A stretch of DNA of 56,552 bases, filler included, from Porpidia crustulata (lineage: Eukaryota): NCBI GenBank assembly GCA_964255105.1. It is 4 parts of 4 records of this genome, joined end to end, with 100 filler letters (N's around TTAATTAATTAA, not from the genome) between each part and the next. Parts side by side here need not be neighbours in the genome. Positions count along the whole stretch, not along the records: positions 1 to 14,098 come from CAXUWE010000395.1; 3 more parts are not named here. One strand, 5' to 3'. The notes below the pieces were generated by a model, which had not been told where the DNA came from, ran no database searches, and saw nothing but the letters and a program-made list of their open reading frames with translations. Shown here one piece after another: positions 1 to 11,608 of the stretch (its first letter is position 1; each line of letters begins with the position of its first letter). The translations under genes and the position numbers were made by a program.

Positions 1-585
1 AGTAAACATTCAATGGCTCGATTGTAAACAAGATGCTGTTCTGATATTTATTGTGGGTGATGGAAGCTTTTGATCCTGGGTTGCTGTTCGATTGTGGGGC
101 ATGCCATGGTTGAAGTGAAATTTGAAGCTTGAAAGTGTGTTTGTATGTTGAATGAATAGCAAATTGGAAATAGGTGCGGGATCGGAGACGCGTGAAGATA
201 TGCTTTCAATCGAAATGGGGAGGAGATGTGATGGAGTAAGATTGATGGGTGTGAAGGGACTGTGGCAGGTCGTGCGATGGTCCATGTTTAAGAACATTGA
301 CGAAGAAGATTCACAGTGTACACCATTCGCGCAATATTAGACTTCAACGACACGTAGGGTACAAACAGCTAGCCTTGCTTCTTATCTACCAAAGGCCCCC
401 ATCTCCTCTCCAATGCTCTACTGTGACACGATAGAACGCCGACAGAAAAGCCCAGCACAACTTCCCCCTTGCCACCCTCTCTTCTTTTCATACAAGTTTG
501 TGAATTACAACCGTCGGGGAGGCTTGATGTCTGGACTAGGTAGTATACTTGTCGTTTTCCCAGAGACATAATTGGCACAGGTTTT

Positions 586-1452
586 CTAGCACGAAACGCC
601 TGTAGTGGCTTTGGCGTTCATGAGGAGAGCCACAATGAGACCGTAGAGACCTGGATGCTGAAGTCAGTATGTACTGTGATGGTCGTAGGGGCGAAGAGAC
701 GAACCCAAGACTTCGGCGAAAATGAGGATTAGGATCATGCCGACGAATAAACGCGGTTGCTGTGCCGTGCCGCGGACACCAGCGTCACCAACAATACCGA
801 TAGCGAAACCAGCCGCAAGACCTGCAAGGCCGACACTGAGACCTGCTCCCAATTGGATGAATCCAGTGTACAAGGGTAGGTTTTGCTTGAGACCGTCCGA
901 GATCAGGACCGAGACGACTAGACCGTAGATACCAATGATACCAGCCATGATGACGGGGACAATGTCTACCAAAACGATTAACAAACTTTTATAGGTCAGC
1001 ACTCCTTGTAGTCTTTGACGTACTCTTGACGATCAAATCTGGTCTCAAAACACCCATGGCCGAAATACCAACCCCGGATTTAGCGGTCCCGTATGCGGCG
1101 CCGAAGCAGGTGAAGACGATGGCGGAGGTGCATCCCATCGCACCGAAGAAAGGCTACGCTTTAATCAGTTCTCCAACTAGAAATGAATAAATCTGTATGG
1201 CGTTTCGCTTGCTAAGCTTCAAGAATGCACGATGCACATGCGTGGTGTGGCGAAGCTGGGTCACGAGCAGGATTATACTGACAGCATATACGGGACTAGA
1301 AATATACGGATCAGCATGAGATCGAACAAATGACATGTATATGCGCAAATGTCCTCCACAGTGAGCACTGCGATCATGAAGCCTGCTTCTTATCGACGAA
1401 CTAGCCACATCAAAAGCAATTTGGGTTGAACATACCAGAGATCTGTAGACAT
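586..1452 (-). CDS. VMA3: V-type H+-ATPase V0 proteolipid subunit c (16 kDa)
   Basis: Spliced exons 1452-1436, 1295-1283, 1153-1024, 965-705 and 650-586 (GT-AG introns) give MSTDLCPVYAPFFGAMG...[17 protein letters not shown]...[31 protein letters not shown]. The conserved proton-carrying Glu is in FAEVLG. Confidence 0.95.
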
Positions 1453-1847
1453 CTTGAAGGACTGACGGCTGGAAACTCTCTATGAGTGTAGACAAGGAGT
1501 GAATGCGTACAGAAGCTCTTGATTAGCTGTGGACTTGGGTTAATAGGCAGGCGGTTGGTGATAATGATGATGGAGATTCGACAGATCTGAGGATGGCGGC
1601 TTCACTAGCGCAACCGTCACGTGCTGCACTACGAACTTTGATTCAGACACTTTGAGAGAAACCAATACAGCAGTTAACGCAAGGTCAAAGGGCGAGCCAA
1701 CGCAAGGAACCCTTTACCTCCGCTCTTTTTATAGACCGTTCACATACCCGACCACAGGCTTTGAAAACAAACAATACATCTTTCAGACACACCCCAAGCC
1801 CGACCAAGGCCTCCAAACAATCTCACAACTACCTTCCTCCTTAAAAA

Positions 1848-2354
1848 ATGGCAGAAGGTCAATCCGCTGCATGGCCCATCGCCGATCCGGCGCTCACTCA
1901 GACCATCCTCGATCTCGTCCAACAAGCCTCGCACTTTCGCCAGCTCAAAAAGGGAGCTAACGAAGGTCCGTCACATCTCCCCCTTCCCCCTCTGTTGACC
2001 TTTCGATCCAAATATATGCCATAGCTACCAAGACCCTCAACCGCGGCACCTCCGAGATTATCATCTTGGCTGCGGACACTGCCCGTAAGTCTCTCCGCCC
2101 TTCCAACTCTCCAAGTCCTCTCCCGGATACGATAGCTGACCCCTCAGCAAGCTCTCGCCATCCTTCTTCATCTGCCTCTGCTCTGCGAAGACAAGAACAC
2201 GCCATACGTGTACGTTCCGTCAAAGACGGCGCTGGGGCGAGCGTGTGGTGTCAGCCGAGCTGTGATTAGCGCGAGTATCACGACGAACGAGGCGTCGGAG
2301 TTGATGTCGCAGATCAGGTCGCTCAAAGACAAGGTGGAGAGGTTGATGATCTAG
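1848..2354 (+). CDS. SNU13: Snu13/15.5K L7Ae-family K-turn binding protein (U4 snRNP, box C/D snoRNP)
   Basis: Exons 1848-1965, 2025-2084 and 2152-2354 give [13 protein letters not shown]...[17 protein letters not shown]...[36 protein letters not shown]...KVERLMI*. The gene is divergent from VMA3. Confidence 0.95.
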
Positions 2355-3017
2355 GACATGGCTATGGAGGTACCGACGGTTGGAGAAATCAGGGTAGGCA
2401 AAGGTCACATGGCATGGGCACGTCAAGTGTCGAAGGAGACGCGACATTTGTTCGAGATTTCAGTTGCTGCCGGAGGATATGGCCTTCGTGCCCATTGAGG
2501 CGAAGAAAAGGCGGCTTACATTTAAAAGCTCTTTACGGGAGTGCCGGGGGCAGCTCAAAACTTTCTCACACAATTTCCATTGTTGTACCACAAACAATAT
2601 GGACTTGCCTGGTTATAACCTTCCCGAGAGCCTTGCGCCGCAGGGAGCATTTCAAAAGCAAAAGCATCCGGATCTCAATATGTATGTAGATAGGATATCG
2701 ACCCTATGCAACCAAAAGCCATCGTAGTCCGTTCGTAACGACTCAATGATACTAGCCAAGAGCGGAAGCCCAATAAAAATATGAAATGTAGTCTACCGCA
2801 ACGACCCGAAGCTGCGGTGCTTGCAATTCGAGGCACGCTGCTTATGATCGCTTCTTTCGATGCAGTCCCCATTATAGACCTCCTCTCCTGCCATTTACAG
2901 CAAGAGCAGACATCCCGTACAGCATCTGGCAATCATCGCCAGCAATTGCGACCATTCACTCCGCTCTGCCGTTCTCAGCATTCGTCCCCATATTTGCACT
3001 GACCCTCGTATCACCCC

Positions 3018-4263
3018 CTAATTCCGATCTAATCGCCTCCTCAAATTCCTTGTCCTTTTCATCAACTTCTTGTACTTATGCTTTTTCATCTTCAACTTCC
3101 TCTGCCTCTTGACACTGATCGCGAGCCGTTGCTCTCTCGCCGACCTCCCTCTCGGAGAATCCTCCCATGTCTGCTGCCTGATCCGCATGCGGTCCAGAAA
3201 AGGCTGTCGTATCTGGGGGTGGCGATGTGGAGCATTGTTGGTCTCAGGCTCTTCAATTGGTGTTGGTGGAGAGGTCGAAGCGGACAAGAGATCTTCGCGA
3301 ATGGGCGAGGTGCGGGTCTTATACGTTTTTCGGCCTTCGGGATCAGTGTCTTCGAGGATAGTGAGGATGGTGGAGTAGGATTTTTGGCTTATGGTTCTGG
3401 AGCGTTGAGTACGCTCGGCGACTTGAGCCGCTTCTTCGGGGGAGCCCATTGCTACAGGCGGCGGCGGGGGGGCCATAAACGGCCGAAAGTTCTTAGCCAG
3501 TTCTTGGATATTGATCTGGAGATGGTTCTGGGGCGGGGTGTCGAGATGTCTTGCTTCGGCGTTCGAATGAGAGGCTTGAGTAACAGCAGCACGGAGTTCA
3601 GCTTCTTGGTCTTCTCGTTGCAGTTGGTTTGGCGGCGCGGTGAGCTGAGAGGCGGCTTCTATATTGTCAACAGCGGAGGAGATGGTGTTGATAACGTCGG
3701 CCGAGCGAGGTTTTAGTTGTTTCCTAGGAGCAAAAATGGAGGAGAAGACAGTTTCGGTAGATATGGGAGGTATCGGGACTGTGACCGATATCGGCCTATG
3801 GGCGGAGAAAAGAGATGCGACGTGGATATCTGAGACGGATTAGTAGGGCGTCCTGGTTAAATTAGAAAACACAGTCCAACTCGCCTGTTGGATGTAGATG
3901 CTGTGTTGATGGAACGCTAGGAAGATTCAACTGCGGGCCAGTCTTTGTTTTCCCCAATGTCTCTTGTGTGATATCCTTTAATTTGCGTCTACCTAGGCGT
4001 GCGCTTGGCCTTTTCTCAGCACCCATTTTTAAACCAGATTTTGCCTCAGTCGTAGGGGCCTCGGAAGGCGTTGCAATGGGATTGGATTCATCACTAGGAG
4101 AGCTTGGAGTCTTCGAGGATGAGTGCTTGCGCTGGTGTGTGCGTACCGCCAGTGGGCGGGATGTAATCGCCATCAGAGCCTGCGAAATTCGTGGTAGGGC
4201 AGAGCATGATAGACATATCCAAGTAGCACGCCGAGCAAACTCGTTGCCAGAGAGTGACAGCAT
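3018..4263 (-). CDS. Mitochondrial small ribosomal subunit protein mS38 (Cox24/Qri5, DUF1713 family)
   Basis: Exons 4263-3885 and 3829-3018 joined by a GC-AG intron form one open frame. The N-terminus is Arg/Ser-rich and presequence-like. The C-terminus carries the signature AISVKRQRKLKMKKHKYKKLMKRTRNLRRRL. Confidence 0.85.
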
Positions 4264-4777
4264 GTTGCCATGTGAGTTCAGCGACTCATGATGATCAAGT
4301 AGGTGTGGTTGAATAGGATAATACGGTGAAAGCGGAGGCGACTCGTTAACTTAGGATGACTACGGAGCACAGCAAGACCACCTAAAGTACGGCGGCCGGG
4401 ATAAACTTCAAGTCCTATACAGTTCTGACAGCCTTTGATATCGGCTTGAAGCATAAGTTATGCTCTCAAATGACTCGCAGTACCCTCCTTATGTAACGCC
4501 AATGCAAGCCCATCTGCTAATTACCTCCATATGCAAGTACCCAGACGCGAACTGACCACTGATGCCACGAATGTTGAGAACGCAATAATCTCCGCGCAGT
4601 TTGTAATTTTAGGGCAACCCCAAGGACCAACGATGTCCTTCTAAACGAGTCATTAATGGGCTCCTGAAAAGCACCACATCCTATCTATGCAATAGGGTAT
4701 ACTAGAGCAAGGAGAAGTGTGGTACAACGATAGCCACCACGAAACCGTAAGTATCCCATCCCACGTATATGTATCTA

Positions 4778-6100
4778 TCACAAAATTAAAACATTCAAGT
4801 TGCTTTGGATAATGGTGTCCTGCACACTCTGCATTGTAATCTTGAGTAGGTTGGTGTCTGTGGCATTGGTGAAATGTACGTATATTTCGCGGCCCTCACT
4901 CCGATTCAGGCTGCGGAACTTGGCCGCAAAGTACTTTGATGCGGCTACATCATCGCCATTCGCGCCGGTGTAGTCGGGAAAGTAGTCGCGAACAGGCTTC
5001 TGGGGCAATTTTTCTTTGAACAAATCGATCTTGTTCAAGAAGAGGATAATCGAGGATCCTTTGAACCAGCTAAGGGCCATGATTGACTCGAACAGGAGTA
5101 AAGCCTCTTGCATTTGGTTCTATCCAAAAGAGTTTAGCTTAGCCTCAAAGCTCTCATGGATATAGATTTCAATGAATCAAAACGTACCGCAGTCTTATCT
5201 TCGACCAGACATTGATCGTAACCACTGAGAGCGGCAACGAACATCAGGCAATGGACTCCCTCGAAGCAATGCACCCACTTCTTGCGCTCTGAACGTTGGC
5301 CTCCAACATCAAACATATGGTAGTTCAACTGGCCAAGCTCAAAGAGAGTCTCAGTGATTCCCGTTGTACGAAGACGCGAGCGAAGAACATCTTGGTCAGT
5401 AGGTAGGTAGCCTGGTGCAAAGAGGCGATCGATATTGTCATAGTAACTTCAGAAAGTAAATCTCCCCACTGGGTCAAAGGCGATTCGAAGACTTACTATT
5501 GTATATTATCGTGGAGGGCGTATTCGTTGCCACGTCCGATAGTTTTTTGCACGGAGGCATCTTTCCAGAGTCCCTTCATTGCGGCCAGGCATTGTTGCGG
5601 AAATGGATCATCAGAGCCAATATCCTCCGCAGCGGCAATGATGCGTTCATGCTCCTTAGTATCCGTTAGTACTCTAGATAGTAACAGCGGACATCAACTT
5701 ACATGGGATTCTTCATTCTCGTAATTAATCCCGAGATCTCGCATTTCCTCAGCAATTATTTTGAATGCGACTATCATATTGGAGAATATGACCTGACGCA
5801 CCTCCTTTCGCTCGTCGAGATGGAAGCCCTCGGAGTAAATTATCCGCATCTGCTTCAGGATCGTTGATTTGCCTGACTCCCCAGCGCCTGGAGGAAATCA
5901 GACCCAAGAACACGAGGACAGTAACTATCTCAGTAAAGGAAATCGTGTTAATGAGACTAACCAAGGAGTAATATTTTTACTTGTCTTGCGTTCGCTTTTT
6001 TATCTTTACGTATCAACTTATCAATTTCTTGATTCCTCTTCCGCTCCTCACTTGTTGCGCGAGCTACGGGATTACCTCCTCCAACCTTCGGGAAACACAT
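4778..6100 (-). CDS. Heterotrimeric G-protein alpha subunit, fungal group II (GNA-2/GanA type)
   Basis: Exons 6100-5962, 5887-5703, 5654-5497, 5446-5188 and 5119-4778. Motifs: MCF start without a myristoylation Gly2, [47 protein letters not shown]. An in-frame ATG also exists at 6112. Confidence 0.93.
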
Positions 6101-9100
6101 CTTGAATACCATGGGCACCTCTGATACCGATGAAGGATTTTCGGACTAGTCAAGCCTCAAGATTTCGCTCGTGTGCCTTTACTGGTGCAGTGAATGATAG
6201 CTCTGGAATAGAAGTCACAGATATGGTATTCAAGAGCGTTCCAGCTTTGGTGCTATAAGCACAATTCTCGCTATTCTGAAAGAATCTGTTAGTCTCTTAC
6301 CAAAAGACTATTGGACCACAGTCCTGGTCGCCAGATATACAGGAAATAGTAGATTATATGGGTGCGAGGTAAGGTAAAGTGAGCTCCGTAGCAACGGAAA
6401 AGTAAGAGGTATCGTAGTGGATGAATTGCTGAAAAGATCATGAGATGCGCTGGTTCTTCTTGACGAGGAATAAAAACAAAGAACAGCACAGCATTCGAAA
6501 CAGCCCGACGCAGGAATAGTACCTGAACTTGGATAGAAGCTGTTAGTTAGCCAGCAAAAAAAAATATGTCCAGGACAGAATAATAATTAGGTAGAAAGCA
6601 GAAAAAAGATACAGAAAGACGATAGAGGCAAGGGCTCGAATTCTGCCATTGTGACTCAACGCAGAAGGTCATTCAGGCTGATTTGATCCACAAGGAGTTA
6701 GTGTAGTGAATGAAGCAAATAGAGAAACAGAAGTGAATACTGAAAATCTCATTCAGTGAAAACTAGATACGTACCTAATACTCGATGCCGCACATCAGCT
6801 CCCAGTGTGCGTCCTTCTGGGGGCAGGTTACCGAGATAGAGCCTGTCGGCGAGGAGTCCTTTCTAACGGATTTTCGGATTGGAGAGAAATTGAGTATGTA
6901 CAGCTAAGACTCGAGGAGTATTAGGATATAGACAAACATGATACAACGACTTAAGACGTACAATGGTGACAATTCTACTTGCATATCAGGCAAACCGAGG
7001 TTCCGGGGAGCAATTCACTTTTACCCTTTGGACAATGCAGAATTTCGACTAATCTCAGATCTGGTATAAAACACTCTCAGATTACGCACAAATAATGAAT
7101 CTTCGGAAACCCAGCACGGCCATTCAAGACGACGGTTTCAAATCAGATTTTGCCGCTCACAAGAGTGTTTCGAATGAAGGCCAAAGTCCGTTTTAGGTGC
7201 GGGGCTCGAGCTGAAGAGGTACTGTAATCTGTAACAGCGAGGGCCTGTCAACAAGCGTAAGAGCTACTTAGACAGATGATGCCTTAATGGGAAATTTGAG
7301 AGATGCTTCCTTGTTAGAAACGACGGAGGGGATTGAAAAGCCAAAGGTTACAACATACCGGTGATCCGAGGCACGGCTGGAGGAGCTGCCTACGTGCCTA
7401 CTAATTTAGCCGAGGAAGCAAGACGGAATCGACAAAGCACATCTACAACCACGGTAAGGCAGTTCCTAAGGTATGGTACAACGACAGATGCAAATGTCGT
7501 CCAACGTCCAAGTCCACGATGGCAAGTCTATTAGAAGTAATGAGTAGTTAATGGGTTTTTGCCAATAAAGTGGAGTTGACGTAGATAATATCAATAAATA
7601 ATAAATGCTCTATCTAGGTTGGATCACGCAGCAGCTGCACGCCAGATCAGGGTTTGTCGCGTGGCATCCCGTTAATTGTGCGCTAATGGTGAATTAATTT
7701 TATTGACAATGGAATTTTCCGTCCCTTGCATTGCTTTAACCAGCCATCTCTAATCTACTCTAGTATCAACTTCACGTTGTCATCAATAGTACTGTTACAG
7801 ACCAACAGCGTCTAGAATTTCTCTGGATTCAGGAGAATATGGATATCGCAAAGTTCAGCTAACAACCTAAGGACCCTCTAGGCTATCGAGACACCCTCAA
7901 GTGGTATATAATCTTACCAGCTTCGAAAACGACTTCGAAGAGCCCAATTGTATTATATCGACTCCTGTCCACTGCACACTCCACCTGCAGGGTGGAATAA
8001 GAGCTAGGACACCAGAACTAGAGAGTGTGGTCAGCCGGGACGCAATCATGTGGACCCAATAACTCGGCAGGCGGAAACCAGCCAGCCCCAGATCTGCGTC
8101 AGATTCGGCTCGCTCCAGTAAAGGGCCCTGACTATGTCTCCCGAAAATGGACAGCTATGGAGCGGGCTCAGTAGACCCGCATAGACTGGGATTACTCCAC
8201 AATAATGCCACGTGGAGACGCCAATTCTTGTATTCACCGCTGCGCCTTTCCGTCTCCTACAACCATACTTTGCTTTTATCCCATGATTCTCATTCAAAGG
8301 GGCGCACTTTCTGGGCCTAGGTTATAAGAATAGCGGATCTGGCTATGAGAACCGTAGAACACCTCCACCAGAGAGTGTATCCCCGCGCGATTATGTTCAT
8401 TCTCAATCGCTCCTGCGACCCACTCATTAGATATGTATATCTAGAAACAGATACCGAATACATGTCACGCAGCTAATAATAGGTATTCATTCCATGACAG
8501 CATCAGATCCTTGGTATTTTGAAACACTCACAGTATAGATGAGGTAGTGTACAGGCTTAGTGACTCAGACGGTAGACCTCCCTTGATATTGAACATTCGA
8601 ATCCTTCCGTCGGGTCCTTCTGCAATCTCTATAATTGCTTTCGTGTTGTTACAGGTTTTATGATAACCATCACGTCCGGCATATACGTTACGCATCACAT
8701 GGTCTGCTTGACTCGAAGAATTTCGACAGAGATCACTGCTATGTTCTTAGCCTTCATGATTAAAATAGCAAAGCAATTCTGTCAATCTTTATCGGACAGC
8801 ACTGAGTCGATGGAGGCCTACTGTCTGATAATAGTACCTCTTCCAGATCTTTCTGCTATCAAATCAATGATTCAAGGGTCTTCAAAGTCCAAAGTGTGTG
8901 CATGATCCTTGGCTCCCATATGGATTCCGTAGCTCGTACATGTACTTCGGTTGTGTAGTAATGCAAATCATATCTGAATTATTAATGACGGCAGTGCGTG
9001 AGTGGAATATTGAGAGTCAAACGCAATTCGCGTGAGCTTCAGCCAATGGTGCATCTGTGGGTTACATCGATTGCACGAAGTAGGGTGGGAGGCACATTTG

Positions 9101-10155
9101 GCATCTTCCATGAAACTGCGCCCGCACCTCTTGAATCTCTCCCTCTCCCTCTCATTTAATGCCGATTACTCAACGAGAACATGGAGTCGCTGCAACCGAG
9201 GATGATTTATATTTATTGTGAGCACGACCGATTCTGTTGCGGGTACCTTAGCAGCCACAAGGTCGTGTATTATTAAAGCAACGATCCATATGTATTCGGT
9301 ATGGATATCTGTTGTCCTACGCAACATCTAGTGCGGTATATGAGATGTGCGGAAATGCAACTTGTAGCGATGACTGCAGCCACATGTAGGTGCGAGGATG
9401 CCTTGAAGAATCAAACGGCTTGCAGCATCTTGCCCGTAGTACATGGTTATTATTGAAACGTCCAACGCTCACCGCAACTGTTAGTCATGGAAGTACCGAA
9501 GAAATAAGGTAAGCAATGCCCTGTTCGGGTCAATGCATCTGAGGCCGCAAGTAGGGGTCCGATCCATCGGATTGGGAATCACCAAGATCAATAACCTGAT
9601 GGCCTTGCGGGCTCCAGAGAGAACCAAATATGACGCTTGCGGGATTCAGGCTCAAGACGCCGTCCGATATCCAGGGTTCGTCACGCAAGATCTCATGTAA
9701 GCGCCAAGGGAATTACATACTCAACATGCATGCAGGGAAATTCCATGGCACGTGGGACATGCAGCTACCTTCTCATGACGAGTTGTACGTATCGCCGTCA
9801 AGGGTGTGCAACCTTGAAGGGGGCCCTCAAACAGATAAGCTTCCTCGTCTCGTCCCCAGCAAAGCAAATAATACGCGGTACCGCACATGCTAAGATTGCG
9901 AATGGCGGTGGAGGCTTTCTCGAAAGAGGAAAGCAGTGTCGAAGTGTTCTGGAACATCTTCTCCTCACTCGCGCCGATGTTGCTGTTGGAGGTGAGTAAA
10001 GGCATCACCATATATAGAACCGGGCTCTGCCGTTGTTTGACAGCCGTCTCTCTCGACTTGCAAATATCACACAAGCACCATAGACTCATCCGATCCCACA
10101 ACCCACAGCTTTTTCTTCCTTACTACCTCATCCCTCCTCTGTCTGACAATAAAGC

Positions 10156-10913
10156 ATGGACACCCATTACATGAAAGCTTCACCAGATTATTGTGCCTCA
10201 CCTTTACATATCACCAATATGCCGGACTTGACTTTCGGTGAATACGGAGGCTCCACTGACTCCAGCCCTAGTCCCCCCATGGTGAGACCGATATTCCCTT
10301 TCCTACCGCTGAGCCAGTCCTGACGACTTACCTACAGATGTTCTCGCCTCTTGGCTCGCTAGATTATGGCCTATATCAACAGACGACCGACAGTTCCTTA
10401 TATCTCGATCAACAGCCCATGACCAACTCAATTGAATTTATGGACCTCACAGCGCCTCAGCATGAGGACCGACGAAGAAGGCGGTCTACCACCACCCAAG
10501 ACAAAGAGACCGTATCCAACATGCGCATCGTAAGCTACACCTAAGCGGTCCCCCGCAGCCTGAACGCACCTGCATACTGACATTGTACGCTACAGCGACG
10601 CCGAGCCCAAAACCGCGCGTCCCAACGAGCGTTCCGCGAGCGTAAGGAAAAGCATGTGCAGCAGCTCGAGCACCAGCTTGAAGACCTCGAATGCAAACAC
10701 CAAACGCTGGCCAAGTCATACACGGCGCTCGACAGCAACCACCTCGAATTACAGCGCGAAGTGGGACAGCTCCGGAGCCAGATCGCATCGATGAAATCGT
10801 CGCGGGAAGGGTCAACCATCAGCGAGATCACGACACCGGACATGTTCGATCAGTTTGCGATCGAAGGAGGGATGTTCGAGCCGACAGGGCCAGACAACCG
10901 TCATCTGTACTAG
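10156..10913 (+). CDS. Yap/AP-1-like bZIP transcription factor
   Basis: Exons 10156-10281, 10338-10529 and 10596-10913. Basic region RRRAQNRASQRAFRERKEKHV is followed by a heptad Leu zipper. A TATA-like TATATA lies near 10010. The start codon could also be 10171 or 10219. Confidence 0.88.
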
Positions 10914-11583
10914 TGCTGGGGAACGATTTATGGGCTGGGCGTACAAGCGTGATTGGCCGGCTTGACGGCGGGCTCTTGGATTTATCGTTCTCTGGTCTGC
11001 GGGGCGTTTTCCAGGCAATGGATGGGTTATGAGTTCCCCAGTACCTACAGTGGAGGGCGGTCTACCTGTAATGTGCATATCGACAGAGTTTCACGACATA
11101 TTAACATCTCACACGAGATCCAATAGACCTCACATAATAAACCCCTCTTTGAACCTTACAATATATGATTCTGAGCAGAGTCGGTGTAGGCGGATGTATT
11201 TACATCGCACAATTTGGTATCAGATCGAGATAACGGCAGTCAAGCCAATGATATCAATGGACTACTTGCACTCATGTACACAGCCTCCACCCCGCACCGC
11301 GTCACTGAGCGTCCGACGAATACTTTAATTCATTTTAAGAAAACGCCTTGGTTTCGGGGCGGGGTCTGACCTCCCACAGGCCTGGCTAAGCGATATCAGA
11401 TCGACGATCTACCGCCTCTTCACCGTCTTAATTCCGACCACACAGGGATGGTTCCACGTAGTCAGAATATAAGCTTTTTTATAGCGTCCTTGCGTCATGG
11501 TATTTTATCCCAATCTACTCTACTCTACCGCCAAGTCATCGGAAATCACGGCAACCCTTTCAAGGGCCTACCTTACCGAACGA

Positions 11584-11608
11584 TCTCTCTCTCTCTCTCT
11601 TTCTCTCT
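11584..11608. repeat. (TC)n microsatellite
   Basis: tctctctctctctctctttctctct. Confidence 0.8.

Noticed and set aside
1564..1590. Box C (ATGATGA) and box D (CTGA) pair upstream of SNU13
   Set aside because: Only 27 nt in total, no terminal stem or guide, and probably upstream of the SNU13 transcript.
3070..3716. Plus-strand ORFs of 102 and 212 aa; likewise 49396-49965
   Set aside because: Antisense to well-supported genes (mS38, gasdermin) and without recognisable motifs.
8789..8831. Small inverted repeat TTATCGGACAG...CTGTCTGATAA
   Set aside because: An 11-bp imperfect stem, single copy, with no other support.
6800..10100. Short ORFs in long intergenic regions (also 11000-14000 and 31000-33600)
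   Set aside because: No recognisable domains or consistent splice structure. Most likely regulatory DNA or decayed repeats.
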